From positions 11,325-75,324 of the forward strand of contig JBKJVH010000036.1 in the NCBI GenBank assembly GCA_046590985.1: 64,000 nt of DNA. Reading direction: 5' to 3'. A program made the position numbers and the translations under genes. The notes under the pieces are model-generated. The model saw only the letters and a list, made by a program, of their open reading frames with translations, was not told the origin of the DNA and did no database searches. Below, piece by piece: positions 1 to 9,140 of this stretch. Position 1 is the first letter of the stretch; each line of letters opens with the position of its first letter. The DNA is from Mycobacteriales bacterium. Lineage in GTDB: Bacteria > Actinomycetota > Actinomycetes > Mycobacteriales > SCTD01.

Positions 1-460
1 GCTCCAGGAGCAGGTCCCCGGCCGCGGCGAAGACCTGGCCGTCGGCAGTGAGGTCGGCGATCGGCGTGATGAGCTGCCCCGAGCGGTTCCAGGCGGCGCC
101 GAAATCAGCCACCTGAGACTGCAACTCGGTGAGCGCTGCCTGCCGGTCCGGCAGGGCCACGCTGCCGCTCGGTTCCCCGATGGCGTCCTGCCAGACCGGG
201 ATGGAGGGGTCCGTGCTCCCGATCGGGACGGCGGTCACGCGGAACGGCGTCGGGCGTACCCACTCGACCGTGCCCGTGACCCCGGTGGGCAGCTCGTACG
301 TACGCAGGTAGGCGCTGAAGCTGGTCTTGCACCCGGGGCAGCGGGTCTGCTTGCGTAACACGTCGTCGGCGCTCTTGACGCCGATCGACCGCCAGTCGCG
401 GTCGCTCGCGTCGATGCGGAACTCGACATGGCAGGGCAACGCGAACGGATCGGGTTCCAT
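1..460 (-). CDS. hypothetical protein (N-terminal part; ORF runs off the left edge of the window)
   Basis: Own translation of the minus strand from ATG at 460: MEPDPFALPCHVEFRIDASDRDWRSIGVKSADDVLRKQTRCPGCKTSF... It stays open to position 1 and third codon positions are strongly G/C. It is not in the ORF track, presumably because it is edge-truncated. No family recognised. Confidence 0.45.
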   Translation of the reverse strand, partial: MEPDPFALPCHVEFRIDASDRDWRSIGVKSADDVLRKQTRCPGCKTSFSAYLRTYELPTGVTGTVEWVRPTPFRVTAVPIGSTDPSIPVWQDAIGEPSGSVALPDRQAALTELQSQVADFGAAWNRSGQLITPIADLTADGQVFAAAGDLLLE

Positions 461-653
461 CGGCCAGAGCCTAGGTGGCAGCGATGGCCGGCCCGACCTG
501 GAGAACGCCCAGGCCGTCCGGTCCGAGTTGGAGTAGTCCCTTGGTCGCGCAGCATGTCGTCAACTCGACAGTCACACAGGCGCGGCTCCGCCGTACAGTC
601 CGTTGTGATGCGACTGCGGTCGTCGCGGTCGCTCCCAGACGAGGGGGAAGACC

Positions 654-1088
654 ATGACCGTGATCCGGAACGTGTTTGTCGGCGGGCTGACCGTTGGCAT
701 GGTTACGGCACTGGTCGCCGGTTCGGCCGCGGCAGCACCGGCGAAGGGCGACCACTTCTCGCTGACCTGTGGCAGCACGACCTACCAGGTCGTGGCGATG
801 GGCAACGGCGAGTTCACACCCGCGCACGACCTCGACGGTCACCTCGTGTTCGTCCCGCACGCGTTCCAGGGGTTCACAGGAATTGTCTACGACACCGAGG
901 GCAACCTCGTCGACACCTTCACGGACAACACGGTGACGACGCAGGGCAGCGGGAAGCAGAAGAACGACGTCAGCTGCACCTACCGGTTCGAGCAGGTCAG
1001 CGACGGGTCGAACCCGGACGAACCGCCTGCGGGCTACCGGTTCGTGGGCATCGGAGGGGTGACGGGACAGGTCGCCGGGCACGCCTGA
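654..1088 (+). CDS. small secreted protein, unknown function
   Basis: 144-aa ORF with an N-terminal signal-peptide-like segment (MTVIRNVFVGGLTVGMVTALVAGSAAAAPAKG). GGGGAAG lies upstream of the ATG. No family recognised. Confidence 0.6.
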   Translation: MTVIRNVFVGGLTVGMVTALVAGSAAAAPAKGDHFSLTCGSTTYQVVAMGNGEFTPAHDLDGHLVFVPHAFQGFTGIVYDTEGNLVDTFTDNTVTTQGSGKQKNDVSCTYRFEQVSDGSNPDEPPAGYRFVGIGGVTGQVAGHA

Positions 1089-1216
1089 ACGGGCGACGTC
1101 ACGTGGTCGATCGTGCCCAGCAGACTCGCGGTTGGACAGGACGACCTCACCGGTCGAGGGGAGCTCGGTGACGTAGCGACGGCGTGCTCGGCCACGCCGC
1201 GGGCCCTCGCAAGGGC

Positions 1217-2728
1217 TCACGCCCGCTCGACCGTGATCCCCCCGTGGAATTCGGCCGCCGAGAAGAACTCGTAGTTCGGGTGCTCCGTGCCGAGCTCTGC
1301 GGCGATCTGGCCCGCCGTCTCGGCGGACACGATGCGGCCCTGCGACGGGCGCAGCCCAGCGGCTGTCGGCGCAGAGCGCTTCAGCAGCCGCAACTCCCAC
1401 TCCTCGAGCACGAGGGTCGAGATCGGGTTGCCCTCGTGCCCGTACGCCCAGCGCAGCAGGTAGCGGGCGCCGGTCGTCTCGCGGCCGCGGTGGCGGCTCT
1501 TGCGGGAGTAGTCGGCCGTGTTCATCTTCGACGCCCGGGAGGCGTCGATCATGGCCTCCTCGGACAGCGAGGCGAGCAGGTCGGCCTCCTGACGGAGTGC
1601 GGCGGCCTGCGGTGCCGGCATGCTGGCGGAGCGGGCCAGGATGTCCTGCATCGAGCTCTGGAACATCGCGGACGCGCCGGCCGCGTCGCCACGGGAGAGC
1701 AGCCGGCCGGCCTCCTTCTTCTGGCGCTGGGTCTGTTGGAACAGCGCCTCGCTGACGACGTCCGGGTCGGCGATGCGGCCGGCGGCCTGATCGCCGGGCA
1801 CCACGTTCACGTGCACCGGCATCGTGGCCGTGTGCTGCACAAGGTCGGGCAGCGACACGTGGGTGAGCTGCAGCGACGCGACCTCCGTGAGGCCGAGCGC
1901 CGGGATCGCGGGAATCGCCAGCTTGAGGACCAGCCGGCGGGTCTCGCCGGCGTAGAAGGAGCCGAGCTCCACCATGATGCCGTCGCTGAGGGCGACCGTG
2001 GGTAGGTCGTTGAGCAGCGTCACCACGTCGACGTGCGGGGTGAGCGCCACCTTCAGTGACGCGGCTTGAGCGACTTGGCTGAGCAGGCCGTCGATCTCGC
2101 CGCCGATGAGGGCGGTCGCGGTGTCGGCCTCCTCCGCGAACAGCGCGTTGCCCTGCCCGCCTTCGGCGAGGGCAGCGAGCAGCGTCTCGTCGTACCCGAG
2201 ACCGAAGCCGAGGGTGGAGGTGGTGACGCCGTGGGTGGTGGCCTCCCTCGCCACCGAGCCCAAGGAGTCCGGGTCGGTGACGCCGGCGTTGGCGTGGCCG
2301 TCGCTGACGATCAGCAGCGTGGCACCGGCGGCGGTGGCGACGCGACGGGCCTCTTGCAACCCGCGGAGGTACCCAGCGGACAGGTCCGTCGACCCGCCGG
2401 CGTCGAGAGCCGCGACGGCGGCCTTGGCGCGGGGCTTGTCGGTGAGAGGCCCTGCGGGGATGACGATCTGCACCTCGTTGTCGAACGCGACAACCCCCAA
2501 GTTGTCCGTCGGTTCGAGCCGGTCGATGAGCGACAGCAGCGCGGTTTTGGCGCCCTCGAGTCGGTCACCGGACATGGACCCGCTGCGGTCCAGCACGATC
2601 TGAACGGTGGCGGGGACACGGGTGACGGTGACGAGCGGGGTCGGGGCGGTGATCTCGACGAGCAGTGTCAGCTCGTCCATCGACTCGACGGCGACGAGGT
2701 CGCAGTCGAGGTGCGTGGAAAGGTGCAT
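1217..2728 (-). CDS. von Willebrand factor type A (VWA) domain protein with long C-terminal extension
   Basis: 503 aa. MIDAS motif residues are present: DRSGSMSG (DxSxS), GGSTDLSAG and IVSDGHAN. VWA occupies roughly the first 200 aa, followed by beta-rich and helical regions and an unassigned tail of about 90 aa. Confidence 0.85.
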   Translation of the reverse strand: MHLSTHLDCDLVAVESMDELTLLVEITAPTPLVTVTRVPATVQIVLDRSGSMSGDRLEGAKTALLSLIDRLEPTDNLGVVAFDNEVQIVIPAGPLTDKPRAKAAVAALDAGGSTDLSAGYLRGLQEARRVATAAGATLLIVSDGHANAGVTDPDSLGSVAREATTHGVTTSTLGFGLGYDETLLAALAEGGQGNALFAEEADTATALIGGEIDGLLSQVAQAASLKVALTPHVDVVTLLNDLPTVALSDGIMVELGSFYAGETRRLVLKLAIPAIPALGLTEVASLQLTHVSLPDLVQHTATMPVHVNVVPGDQAAGRIADPDVVSEALFQQTQRQKKEAGRLLSRGDAAGASAMFQSSMQDILARSASMPAPQAAALRQEADLLASLSEEAMIDASRASKMNTADYSRKSRHRGRETTGARYLLRWAYGHEGNPISTLVLEEWELRLLKRSAPTAAGLRPSQGRIVSAETAGQIAAELGTEHPNYEFFSAAEFHGGITVERA

Positions 2729-2797
2729 GGGACAGCTCCAGGGGATGACTGGGGGAGCCGCGACAAGGCTTGTCGGGGCTTGCGGAGGCAGGGCCTG

Positions 2798-3109
2798 CTA
2801 GCAGGCCATGAGGGTGATGCGGTCGAGGCGGCGAAGGCGCCGGAGCTCGGTGCGGCGTGGTTCACCGCGGTGGTGAAGCAGCCGATGGCAGCTGCGGTGG
2901 ATCCACTCGACGTGGCCGTCCGCGCCGTGGTGGCCGCCGAGCTTGCCGGCCTGGTGGCAGACCACGCACAGCGGCCCGCGGTAGACGAGGTCGATAACGA
3001 GCTCAGGCGCGCTGGTGGTCGTCACCTCAGCGAGCAGCTGCTCCACGCGAGCGATCAGGTCCGGTGCCAGCTCCGGCGGCAGTCCCCACGCGATCTCGTC
3101 CGTCATCAT
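2798..3109 (-). CDS. small Cys/His-rich protein, HNH-like / zinc-binding
   Basis: 103 aa with high GC3. The segment CVVCHQAGKLGGHHGADGHVEWIHRSCHRLLHH resembles a CxxC...HH...CHxxxH HNH-type motif. It lies between the phosphatase and VWA genes on the same strand. Confidence 0.55.
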   Translation of the reverse strand: MMTDEIAWGLPPELAPDLIARVEQLLAEVTTTSAPELVIDLVYRGPLCVVCHQAGKLGGHHGADGHVEWIHRSCHRLLHHRGEPRRTELRRLRRLDRITLMAC

Positions 3110-3184
3110 GTCCCCCCAGGCGTTGTTGTGTGTACTTCCTTTGTACGGAAAGGGTCCGACAGTTTGGGCGCGCCTCCTTGACAG

Positions 3185-3781
3185 TCAGTCGTTCTCCGCG
3201 TCTTGGGCCTGGCGGATCATGCGTACGACGTCGAGCGGGTTGGCCAACCGCCAGGCCTGCAGCCGGACGAGGTCCTCGTACGACTCGGTGCCCTGGCGAC
3301 TGTGGTGCCAGGCCAGGGCGTCGCCGGCGTACCAGACGTTGGCGATGGGGCGGGCCTTGCGGATCGCCGCGATGGCGTCGACCGCGTCCCAGCCCTGGTG
3401 CAGGAGGACAGCGAAGCCGAGCGACGGGCCCCGGTTGATGCCCATGTGGCAGTGCGTCAGGACCACGGCGTTCGGTCCCGCGGCGTCGATCCACTCGATC
3501 GCCGCGTCGAACCAGGCCGCCGCTACGTCCTGCCCGGCGTCGTCCATGCCGTGGTGCAGGTAACCGATGTGGGGGAGGTGCTGGGCAAGGAGGTCCTCGT
3601 CGTTCCACTCGATCCGGCAGTCCACGATGTGCGTGATGCCGAGGCTGTCGATCTCGTTGAGCTGGTAAGCCGCCTTGAGCGGCGTGGCGTGCAGGTCCCC
3701 GCCGATCGCCAGGTGCGGGGTGACGAAGTGAAAGTTGGCGTGCTGGGCGATCGGCAGGGTCTGCAAGGTGGTGGCCTCCAA
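3185..3781 (-). CDS. dual-specificity / Cys-based protein phosphatase (CX5R)
   Basis: 198 aa. The active-site loop HCHMGINRG matches the HCxxGxxR signature, and a candidate general-acid Asp loop (GMDDAG) lies about 40 aa upstream. Confidence 0.8.
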   Translation of the reverse strand: MEATTLQTLPIAQHANFHFVTPHLAIGGDLHATPLKAAYQLNEIDSLGITHIVDCRIEWNDEDLLAQHLPHIGYLHHGMDDAGQDVAAAWFDAAIEWIDAAGPNAVVLTHCHMGINRGPSLGFAVLLHQGWDAVDAIAAIRKARPIANVWYAGDALAWHHSRQGTESYEDLVRLQAWRLANPLDVVRMIRQAQDAEND

Positions 3782-3959
3782 GGGCTGATCGGTGATCTGC
3801 GCTGAGCATAACGCTGCTGACAGAAGATATGCAAGAGGCAGATTTCAGGAGCTCGGGGAAGCCGCCAGAGCGCCGCCGGCGCCGTCCCGTTGATCCGATG
3901 AGCCTCCCTCACTTCTCGTCGTCTTGACGATAACCTCGGGGTCTGACAAGGTCGAGGTC

Positions 3960-4616
3960 ATGAGAGAGCAACGGGGCTGCGGCCCACTCGGCTCCCGCTA
4001 CACCGAGGCGCTTGCCTGGGCAGCAGAGCTGCACCACGACCAGCTCCGCAAGGGAACGCGGGTGGCGTACCTGTCCCACCTGATGTCGGTCAGTGCCCTG
4101 GTCCTGGAGGACGGGGGCACGGAGGACGAGGCCATCGCGGCCCTGCTCCACGACGCGGTCGAGGACACCGGTGCGCACATCGAGGCCGAGATCGCCTCCC
4201 GTTACGGCGATCTCGTCCGCTCCGTGGTCATGGAGTGCAGCGACTCGGCCGAGGAGGCCGGAGCGGCGAAGGCGCCCTGGTTGGTCAGGAAGCTCGCCTA
4301 TGTGGCGCACCTGCAGGGGGCGTCGCTGTCCGCGATCCGGGTGTCGGGCGCGGACAAGACGCACAACGCCCGGTCCATCGTGGTGGACATCGCGATCGAG
4401 GGCGGCTGGCCGACGTTCAACGCTTGCGAGCACAAGTCGCTCTGGTACTACGACGAGATCAGCCGGGCGGTCAGCGCACGGTTGCCGGGATCGCGTACGG
4501 CCTATCAGCTGTCGGAGCAGGTGGACGCGTTGTTCGCCAGTGTGGCGGTGGCCTCGCGGTCGCCGGTGGCGTTGGCGGAGCCGGCGGGGTGTGGGTGCGC
4601 GGACAACGCGTCGTGA
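3960..4616 (+). CDS. HD-domain hydrolase, (p)ppGpp-hydrolase-like (small alarmone hydrolase-like)
   Basis: AAELHHDQLRKGTRVAYLSHLMSVSALVLEDGG...AALLHDAVEDTG matches the RelA/SpoT-type HD (HD_4) pattern. ATG at 3960 has GAGG upstream; the track ORF starts at a TTG at 3924, so the start is uncertain. Confidence 0.75.
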   Translation: MREQRGCGPLGSRYTEALAWAAELHHDQLRKGTRVAYLSHLMSVSALVLEDGGTEDEAIAALLHDAVEDTGAHIEAEIASRYGDLVRSVVMECSDSAEEAGAAKAPWLVRKLAYVAHLQGASLSAIRVSGADKTHNARSIVVDIAIEGGWPTFNACEHKSLWYYDEISRAVSARLPGSRTAYQLSEQVDALFASVAVASRSPVALAEPAGCGCADNAS

Positions 4617-4627
4617 TGCCGCTGGGC

Positions 4628-6544
4628 TCACGAACGATGTAGCGCCGCGACGGTTGCAGGGCGGAGGGCGTCGCGCAGGTGTTCTTGGGTCTCCGGGTCG
4701 ACCGAGTAGATGACCGTTCCCAACATCCCGCGCGTCAGGAGCACCTTGTAGACGTTGCGGACCAGCCGGTCGAACTCCTGGTCGCTGACCTTGGTGCGGT
4801 TCCGGAAGTCGGGGTCCTTGTTGAGCTCACGGCGGGTGACCCACCGGTCTGTGCGCCACACCAGGTCAGGGCCGAGCAGGACGCCGTTCCAGTCGTACTC
4901 GAAGCCTTGAGCCGTATAGACGCACCCGACCTGGCTGAAGCCGCCGTCGGCGGATGCCCACAGCGCGGCTGGCGGGGCGCCGCCGACGCCTCGATCGCCT
5001 CTCAGGTTCCAGGGCTTTCCCCACCCGTTGATCTGCACATCCTGTACGAGGCTGCCGTCCTGGCGCGGGTCGCTCCAGGGCCAGCAGTACCCGGCGGTCA
5101 TCCGCGCACCGAAACCCTCGTCAAGGCGCGTCTGAAGGAAGGCCTCCATCTCGGCGGGGGACTCGGCGATCCGCACCTCGAAGCCGGGGTCGCCGCTCCA
5201 GTCGAAGGTCGGCTCCTCGGCGATCCCCAGGAAGGCCTTGACCCAGCGGACGTAGGTGTCGCTGCCACCGCAACGGAACTGGCCGTCCAGGTCGACCCGG
5301 TGGACCTCGAGTCCGAGGCTGTGGGCGTACGCCTCGATCTCGTGAACCGTGCCGAACTCGCCAGGTCGTACGACTTGGTGCTCGTCGAGGAGGAAGACCG
5401 GGACGCGGGCGGCGGCGATCAGCTCGTCGAGCTGCGGGCGGGCAGCCCCCCGGTGCTCCTTCTTGGTCCAGCGCGAGACGCTCGTCTCGCGGATCCGATG
5501 GGCTTCATCGAGAACCAGCACGTCCAGGCCGTTGCGGTCCGCAGCCATGAAGTCGTTGAAGTACTTGAAGAGCTGCTTCGCGGCAGGGGAGCGGTGGCCG
5601 GCGACCTTGCGGAGGGTCTGGGTGAAGGAGCGCGAGCCGGTGGCGTGGAGGACGCTTCGGCCGCGGCGGGCCAGCTCCCCGACCAGGGACAGGGCAATGA
5701 CGCTCTTCCCGCTGCCGGGTCCGCCCGTCACGATGATGACGCGCTTGCGGTCGGCCTCCCTGGCGCGGTCGACCTCGTGGAGGACCAGGTCGTAGGCGAG
5801 GCGTTGCTCGGCCAGCAGCACGAACTGCGTGCGTCGCTGAATCTCCTCGGCGGCCAGGGCGAGGAGCTGCTTGGACGGGGAGATGGCTGAGCACAGCAGC
5901 TGATCGGCGTAGGGGGCGCCGGCCACGTCGGGGTCGAGTCGGGTGCGCAGGTAGTCCAGCCACGCGGAGCGCCGGGCGCCGGTGAACAGCCGACCGCGGG
6001 CGTCCTGCGGGAAGTCGTACAGGTGCCTGACATCGGCGTCGTTGCCGACGTTGTGCAGGTAGGCGGCGCCGGCGACGAGGTCCGGCGTGTCCTGAAGGCA
6101 CGTCGTGAAGTCGACGAGGTAGTCGCAGTAGCCGCGTACCTGGGCGACGGGGTGCAGGCGCGGGCCGCCGGGCAGGCCATCCACGGTCACGAGCTCGGGG
6201 TCGTCCTCCCAGGGCTCAGCGCGGGACCACTGCTTCAGCTCGATCACCACGTACGAAGCCTCGCGGGTCCGCGGGTGCTGGCCGGCCAGGACCACATCCA
6301 TGCGCTTCGACGTGAGCGGAAGGCCCAACTCGACCAGCACCTCGACCTTGTCGAGGCCCGCCTGGATGAGGTCGTTCGCCAGGATCGGCAGGCTGCGGTC
6401 CCAGGAGCGGATCTCGCTCGGGCTCGGGCGCCGGCCTGAGGAGGCGCGCATCTGCTCGGTCAGGCGCACTCCCAGGGTCCCCTCCAGAGCCAACGCGGCG
6501 AGGCCGGCGGCGGAGTGGCGGAGCAATGACAAGGAGGACCCCAA
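4628..6544 (-). CDS. DUF2075-type protein: N-terminal PD-(D/E)xK-like module + P-loop NTPase/helicase-like core
   Basis: 638 aa. D...ExK-like motif (MDVVLAG...YVVIELKQW), Walker A (VTGGPGSGKS), Walker B-like (LVLDEAHRI) and the typical C-terminal VYTAQGFEYDW...KVLLTRG. Start uncertain (TTG at 6544 or a downstream GTG). Confidence 0.8.
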   Translation of the reverse strand: MGSSLSLLRHSAAGLAALALEGTLGVRLTEQMRASSGRRPSPSEIRSWDRSLPILANDLIQAGLDKVEVLVELGLPLTSKRMDVVLAGQHPRTREASYVVIELKQWSRAEPWEDDPELVTVDGLPGGPRLHPVAQVRGYCDYLVDFTTCLQDTPDLVAGAAYLHNVGNDADVRHLYDFPQDARGRLFTGARRSAWLDYLRTRLDPDVAGAPYADQLLCSAISPSKQLLALAAEEIQRRTQFVLLAEQRLAYDLVLHEVDRAREADRKRVIIVTGGPGSGKSVIALSLVGELARRGRSVLHATGSRSFTQTLRKVAGHRSPAAKQLFKYFNDFMAADRNGLDVLVLDEAHRIRETSVSRWTKKEHRGAARPQLDELIAAARVPVFLLDEHQVVRPGEFGTVHEIEAYAHSLGLEVHRVDLDGQFRCGGSDTYVRWVKAFLGIAEEPTFDWSGDPGFEVRIAESPAEMEAFLQTRLDEGFGARMTAGYCWPWSDPRQDGSLVQDVQINGWGKPWNLRGDRGVGGAPPAALWASADGGFSQVGCVYTAQGFEYDWNGVLLGPDLVWRTDRWVTRRELNKDPDFRNRTKVSDQEFDRLVRNVYKVLLTRGMLGTVIYSVDPETQEHLRDALRPATVAALHRS

Positions 6545-6746
6545 GCAGCACGAAGTGAATTCGTGCGGTGGGGGCGTGTCCTGGTTCGGAAGCCCGTCGA
6601 TACCGCTCCATGGACCTTAGTGCCAGGACGGTGCGAGCGAACGATCAGCACGTTCGTCACACAAGGGGCCACACACCCTGGATCACCAGAAATGACCATC
6701 ATGATCGGGGTCAGCCCCGTCGACAACCCCGTAGCAAGCCCAACGC

Positions 6747-9140
6747 TTGCTCGGAGGAGTGCTCGTGCGGACACGATCCGAGGTGTTGAGGCAGTTCGCT
6801 GCGTACGCACTTGCTGTGCTGGCGGTGCTGGCCATGGTCGCGGTCACGATCTGCTTCGCGACCGGGCAGGTGACGCGGGCCCTTGATGACCTGGCCGAGC
6901 TCGCTGTCGCGCTGCTCGCCAGCGCTGCGGCGGCGTTGGCGGCAGTCAAGGCCTCGGGTCGGCTGCGTGCGGCATGGTGGGCAGTGGCGGCGGGCTGCCT
7001 GTCCTGGAGCATCGGGGAAGCCATCTGGTCGACCTACGAGCTGGTCCTGCACCGGACGACCCCGTTCCCGTCGTGGGCCGATGTCGGCTTCCTGGGATTC
7101 CCGGTGGGTGCCGTGACGGCGCTGGCGCTGTTTCCCACGGGGGCCTCGCGGTCCGACAAGCGCCGGATGGTGCTGGACGGCCTGGTCGCGGCGTCCGCTA
7201 TCGGGTTGATCTCGTGGCTCACGGCGCTCGGTGCCGTGGTGCAGGCCGGCGGGGGCTCGTTTCTCGCCACGTCGGTCTCAGTGGCTTATCCCGCCGGTGA
7301 CGTCGTGGTGCTGGTGATGTGCGTGCTCGTGCTGCCGCGCTCGCGTTCGCACCAGGGCGCGCTGGCGGTCATGGCGGCGGGGCTGGCGCTGATGGCCGTC
7401 TCCGACAGCGGCTTCGCCTACCTCACGGCGCAGGGCAGGTACGCCACGGGTGACCCGGTCGACCTCGGTTGGATCCTCGCCTTCGGCTTGCTGGCCTTGG
7501 CTCCCCTCACCTCCCGTTCGGCCCGGCCCCAGGTCGCCGACCGGGACGGCGCCGCTGCCGGGGCGGCCCTGCCGTACCTGCCGTTGCTGGCCGTGGTCGG
7601 CGTGCTCGCGTGGCACTACAGCGAGGGTCGCACGTTGACAGCCGGGGATGCGGCCCTGCTCGCCACGCTCGTGGTGCTCATCTCCGTGCGGCAGTTCCTG
7701 ACCGGTCGCGACAACCAGCTGCTGGCCCGGGGCCTCGCGTCTCGGGACGCGGAGCTGCGGCACCAGGCGTTCCACGACGGGCTCACCGGCCTGGCCAACC
7801 GAGCGTTGTTCGTCGATCGCGTGGAACACGCGCTGGAGCTGCACCGACGTGACCAGCGGCCGCTTGCGGTCTGCTTCCTGGACCTCGACGGGTTCAAGGC
7901 TGTCAACGACACGTTGGGACATGCCGCGGGAGATGAGCTGCTGCGGCAGGCCGGCGACCGCTTCCGCGCGAGCTTGTCCGCCGCCGACACCCTGGCCCGG
8001 TTGGGTGGCGATGAGTTCGCGGTCCTGCTCGAGGACGGTCCGGACCCCCTGCAGGCGGCGGAGAGGCTGCTGCAGACCCTCGCGGCTCCGTTCCTGGTCG
8101 CGGGCACCCAGGCGCGCGTCCAGGCGAGCATCGGGGTCGCCCGGGTCGGGGCCGGCTCGCCCAGTCCCACCCTCGATGACCTGCTGGGCCGCGCGGACCT
8201 GGCGATGTACGTCGTGAAGCGACGCGGCAAGAACGGCGTCCTGCTGTACACCGACGGTCTGCAACTGACCGATGAGGACGAGCAGTCGCTCGCACGAGCG
8301 CTGGCACAGGCGCTGCTCGACGGGCAGGTCACGGTGGCGTTCCAGCCCGTCACCGAGCTGGCCAGCGGGCGGATCCTGTCCTTTGAGTGCTTGGCACGAT
8401 GGGCCCCGCAGGGCAAGGAGGTGCCGCCGGAGCAGTTCGTCGCGGTGGCTGAGCGGTGCCAGCTCATCGACCAGCTGTTTCAGGCGGTCCTGGCGCAGGC
8501 GTGCGCGGCGCTCGTCGTGTGGAAGCGACTGCCTGGGTTCGCCGATCTCACGGTTGCGGTGAACGTCAGCCCGTCGCAGCTCACGCGCGCCGACCTCCCC
8601 GACCAGGTCGCTGCCGAGCTGGCCCGGCACGGACTGCGCGGTCAAGACCTGGTTCTCGAGATCACCGAGACGATGTCGCTGGATGACCCGACCGTGAGTT
8701 TGGTGGTCTGCCAACAGCTGCGAGGGCGTGGGATCCGGCTGTCCGTCGATGACTTCGGTGCCGGCATGAGCTCGATGGCCCGGCTGCGAACGCTGCCCAT
8801 CGACGAGATCAAGATCGATCGTTCCTTGATCACGGGGGTGGACAAGGACGAGCGCGCGCAGCGGTTCGTACGCGGCGTGATCGCCTTCGCGCACCAGGTC
8901 GGTCTGACGGTCACGGCCGAGGGCATCGAGCGCGCGGAGGAGCGGAAGGCGCTCACGGCTCTGGGCTGCCATCTCGGTCAGGGCTTCTTCTTCGCTTCGC
9001 CGGTCAGCGCCGACGAGGTCGGGTTGTTGCTGGCACGGGGAGCTCACCTGCCCCACCGAGGGTGGCCAGTTCCTGCCCCACAGCAACCTGGCCCCAGACG
9101 GATTCCCGTCAGCCGAGTGACTGCCCCTGGAGGAGCGTGA
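6747..9140 (+). CDS. membrane-anchored GGDEF-EAL c-di-GMP turnover protein
   Basis: The polytopic N-terminal half has many hydrophobic helices. GGDEF is intact (RLGGDEFAVLL). The EAL domain has an ECL variant (FECLARW), plus DDFGAG, KIDRS and EGIE. The start may be a GTG at 6759/6765, following the GGAGGA site. Confidence 0.85.
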   Translation: MLGGVLVRTRSEVLRQFAAYALAVLAVLAMVAVTICFATGQVTRALDDLAELAVALLASAAAALAAVKASGRLRAAWWAVAAGCLSWSIGEAIWSTYELVLHRTTPFPSWADVGFLGFPVGAVTALALFPTGASRSDKRRMVLDGLVAASAIGLISWLTALGAVVQAGGGSFLATSVSVAYPAGDVVVLVMCVLVLPRSRSHQGALAVMAAGLALMAVSDSGFAYLTAQGRYATGDPVDLGWILAFGLLALAPLTSRSARPQVADRDGAAAGAALPYLPLLAVVGVLAWHYSEGRTLTAGDAALLATLVVLISVRQFLTGRDNQLLARGLASRDAELRHQAFHDGLTGLANRALFVDRVEHALELHRRDQRPLAVCFLDLDGFKAVNDTLGHAAGDELLRQAGDRFRASLSAADTLARLGGDEFAVLLEDGPDPLQAAERLLQTLAAPFLVAGTQARVQASIGVARVGAGSPSPTLDDLLGRADLAMYVVKRRGKNGVLLYTDGLQLTDEDEQSLARALAQALLDGQVTVAFQPVTELASGRILSFECLARWAPQGKEVPPEQFVAVAERCQLIDQLFQAVLAQACAALVVWKRLPGFADLTVAVNVSPSQLTRADLPDQVAAELARHGLRGQDLVLEITETMSLDDPTVSLVVCQQLRGRGIRLSVDDFGAGMSSMARLRTLPIDEIKIDRSLITGVDKDERAQRFVRGVIAFAHQVGLTVTAEGIERAEERKALTALGCHLGQGFFFASPVSADEVGLLLARGAHLPHRGWPVPAPQQPGPRRIPVSRVTAPGGA

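Noticed and set aside
7278-9086. 602-aa minus-strand ORF opposite the membrane GGDEF-EAL gene
   Set aside because: The plus-strand frame contains intact GGDEF and EAL-domain motifs. The antisense frame is Arg-rich and featureless.
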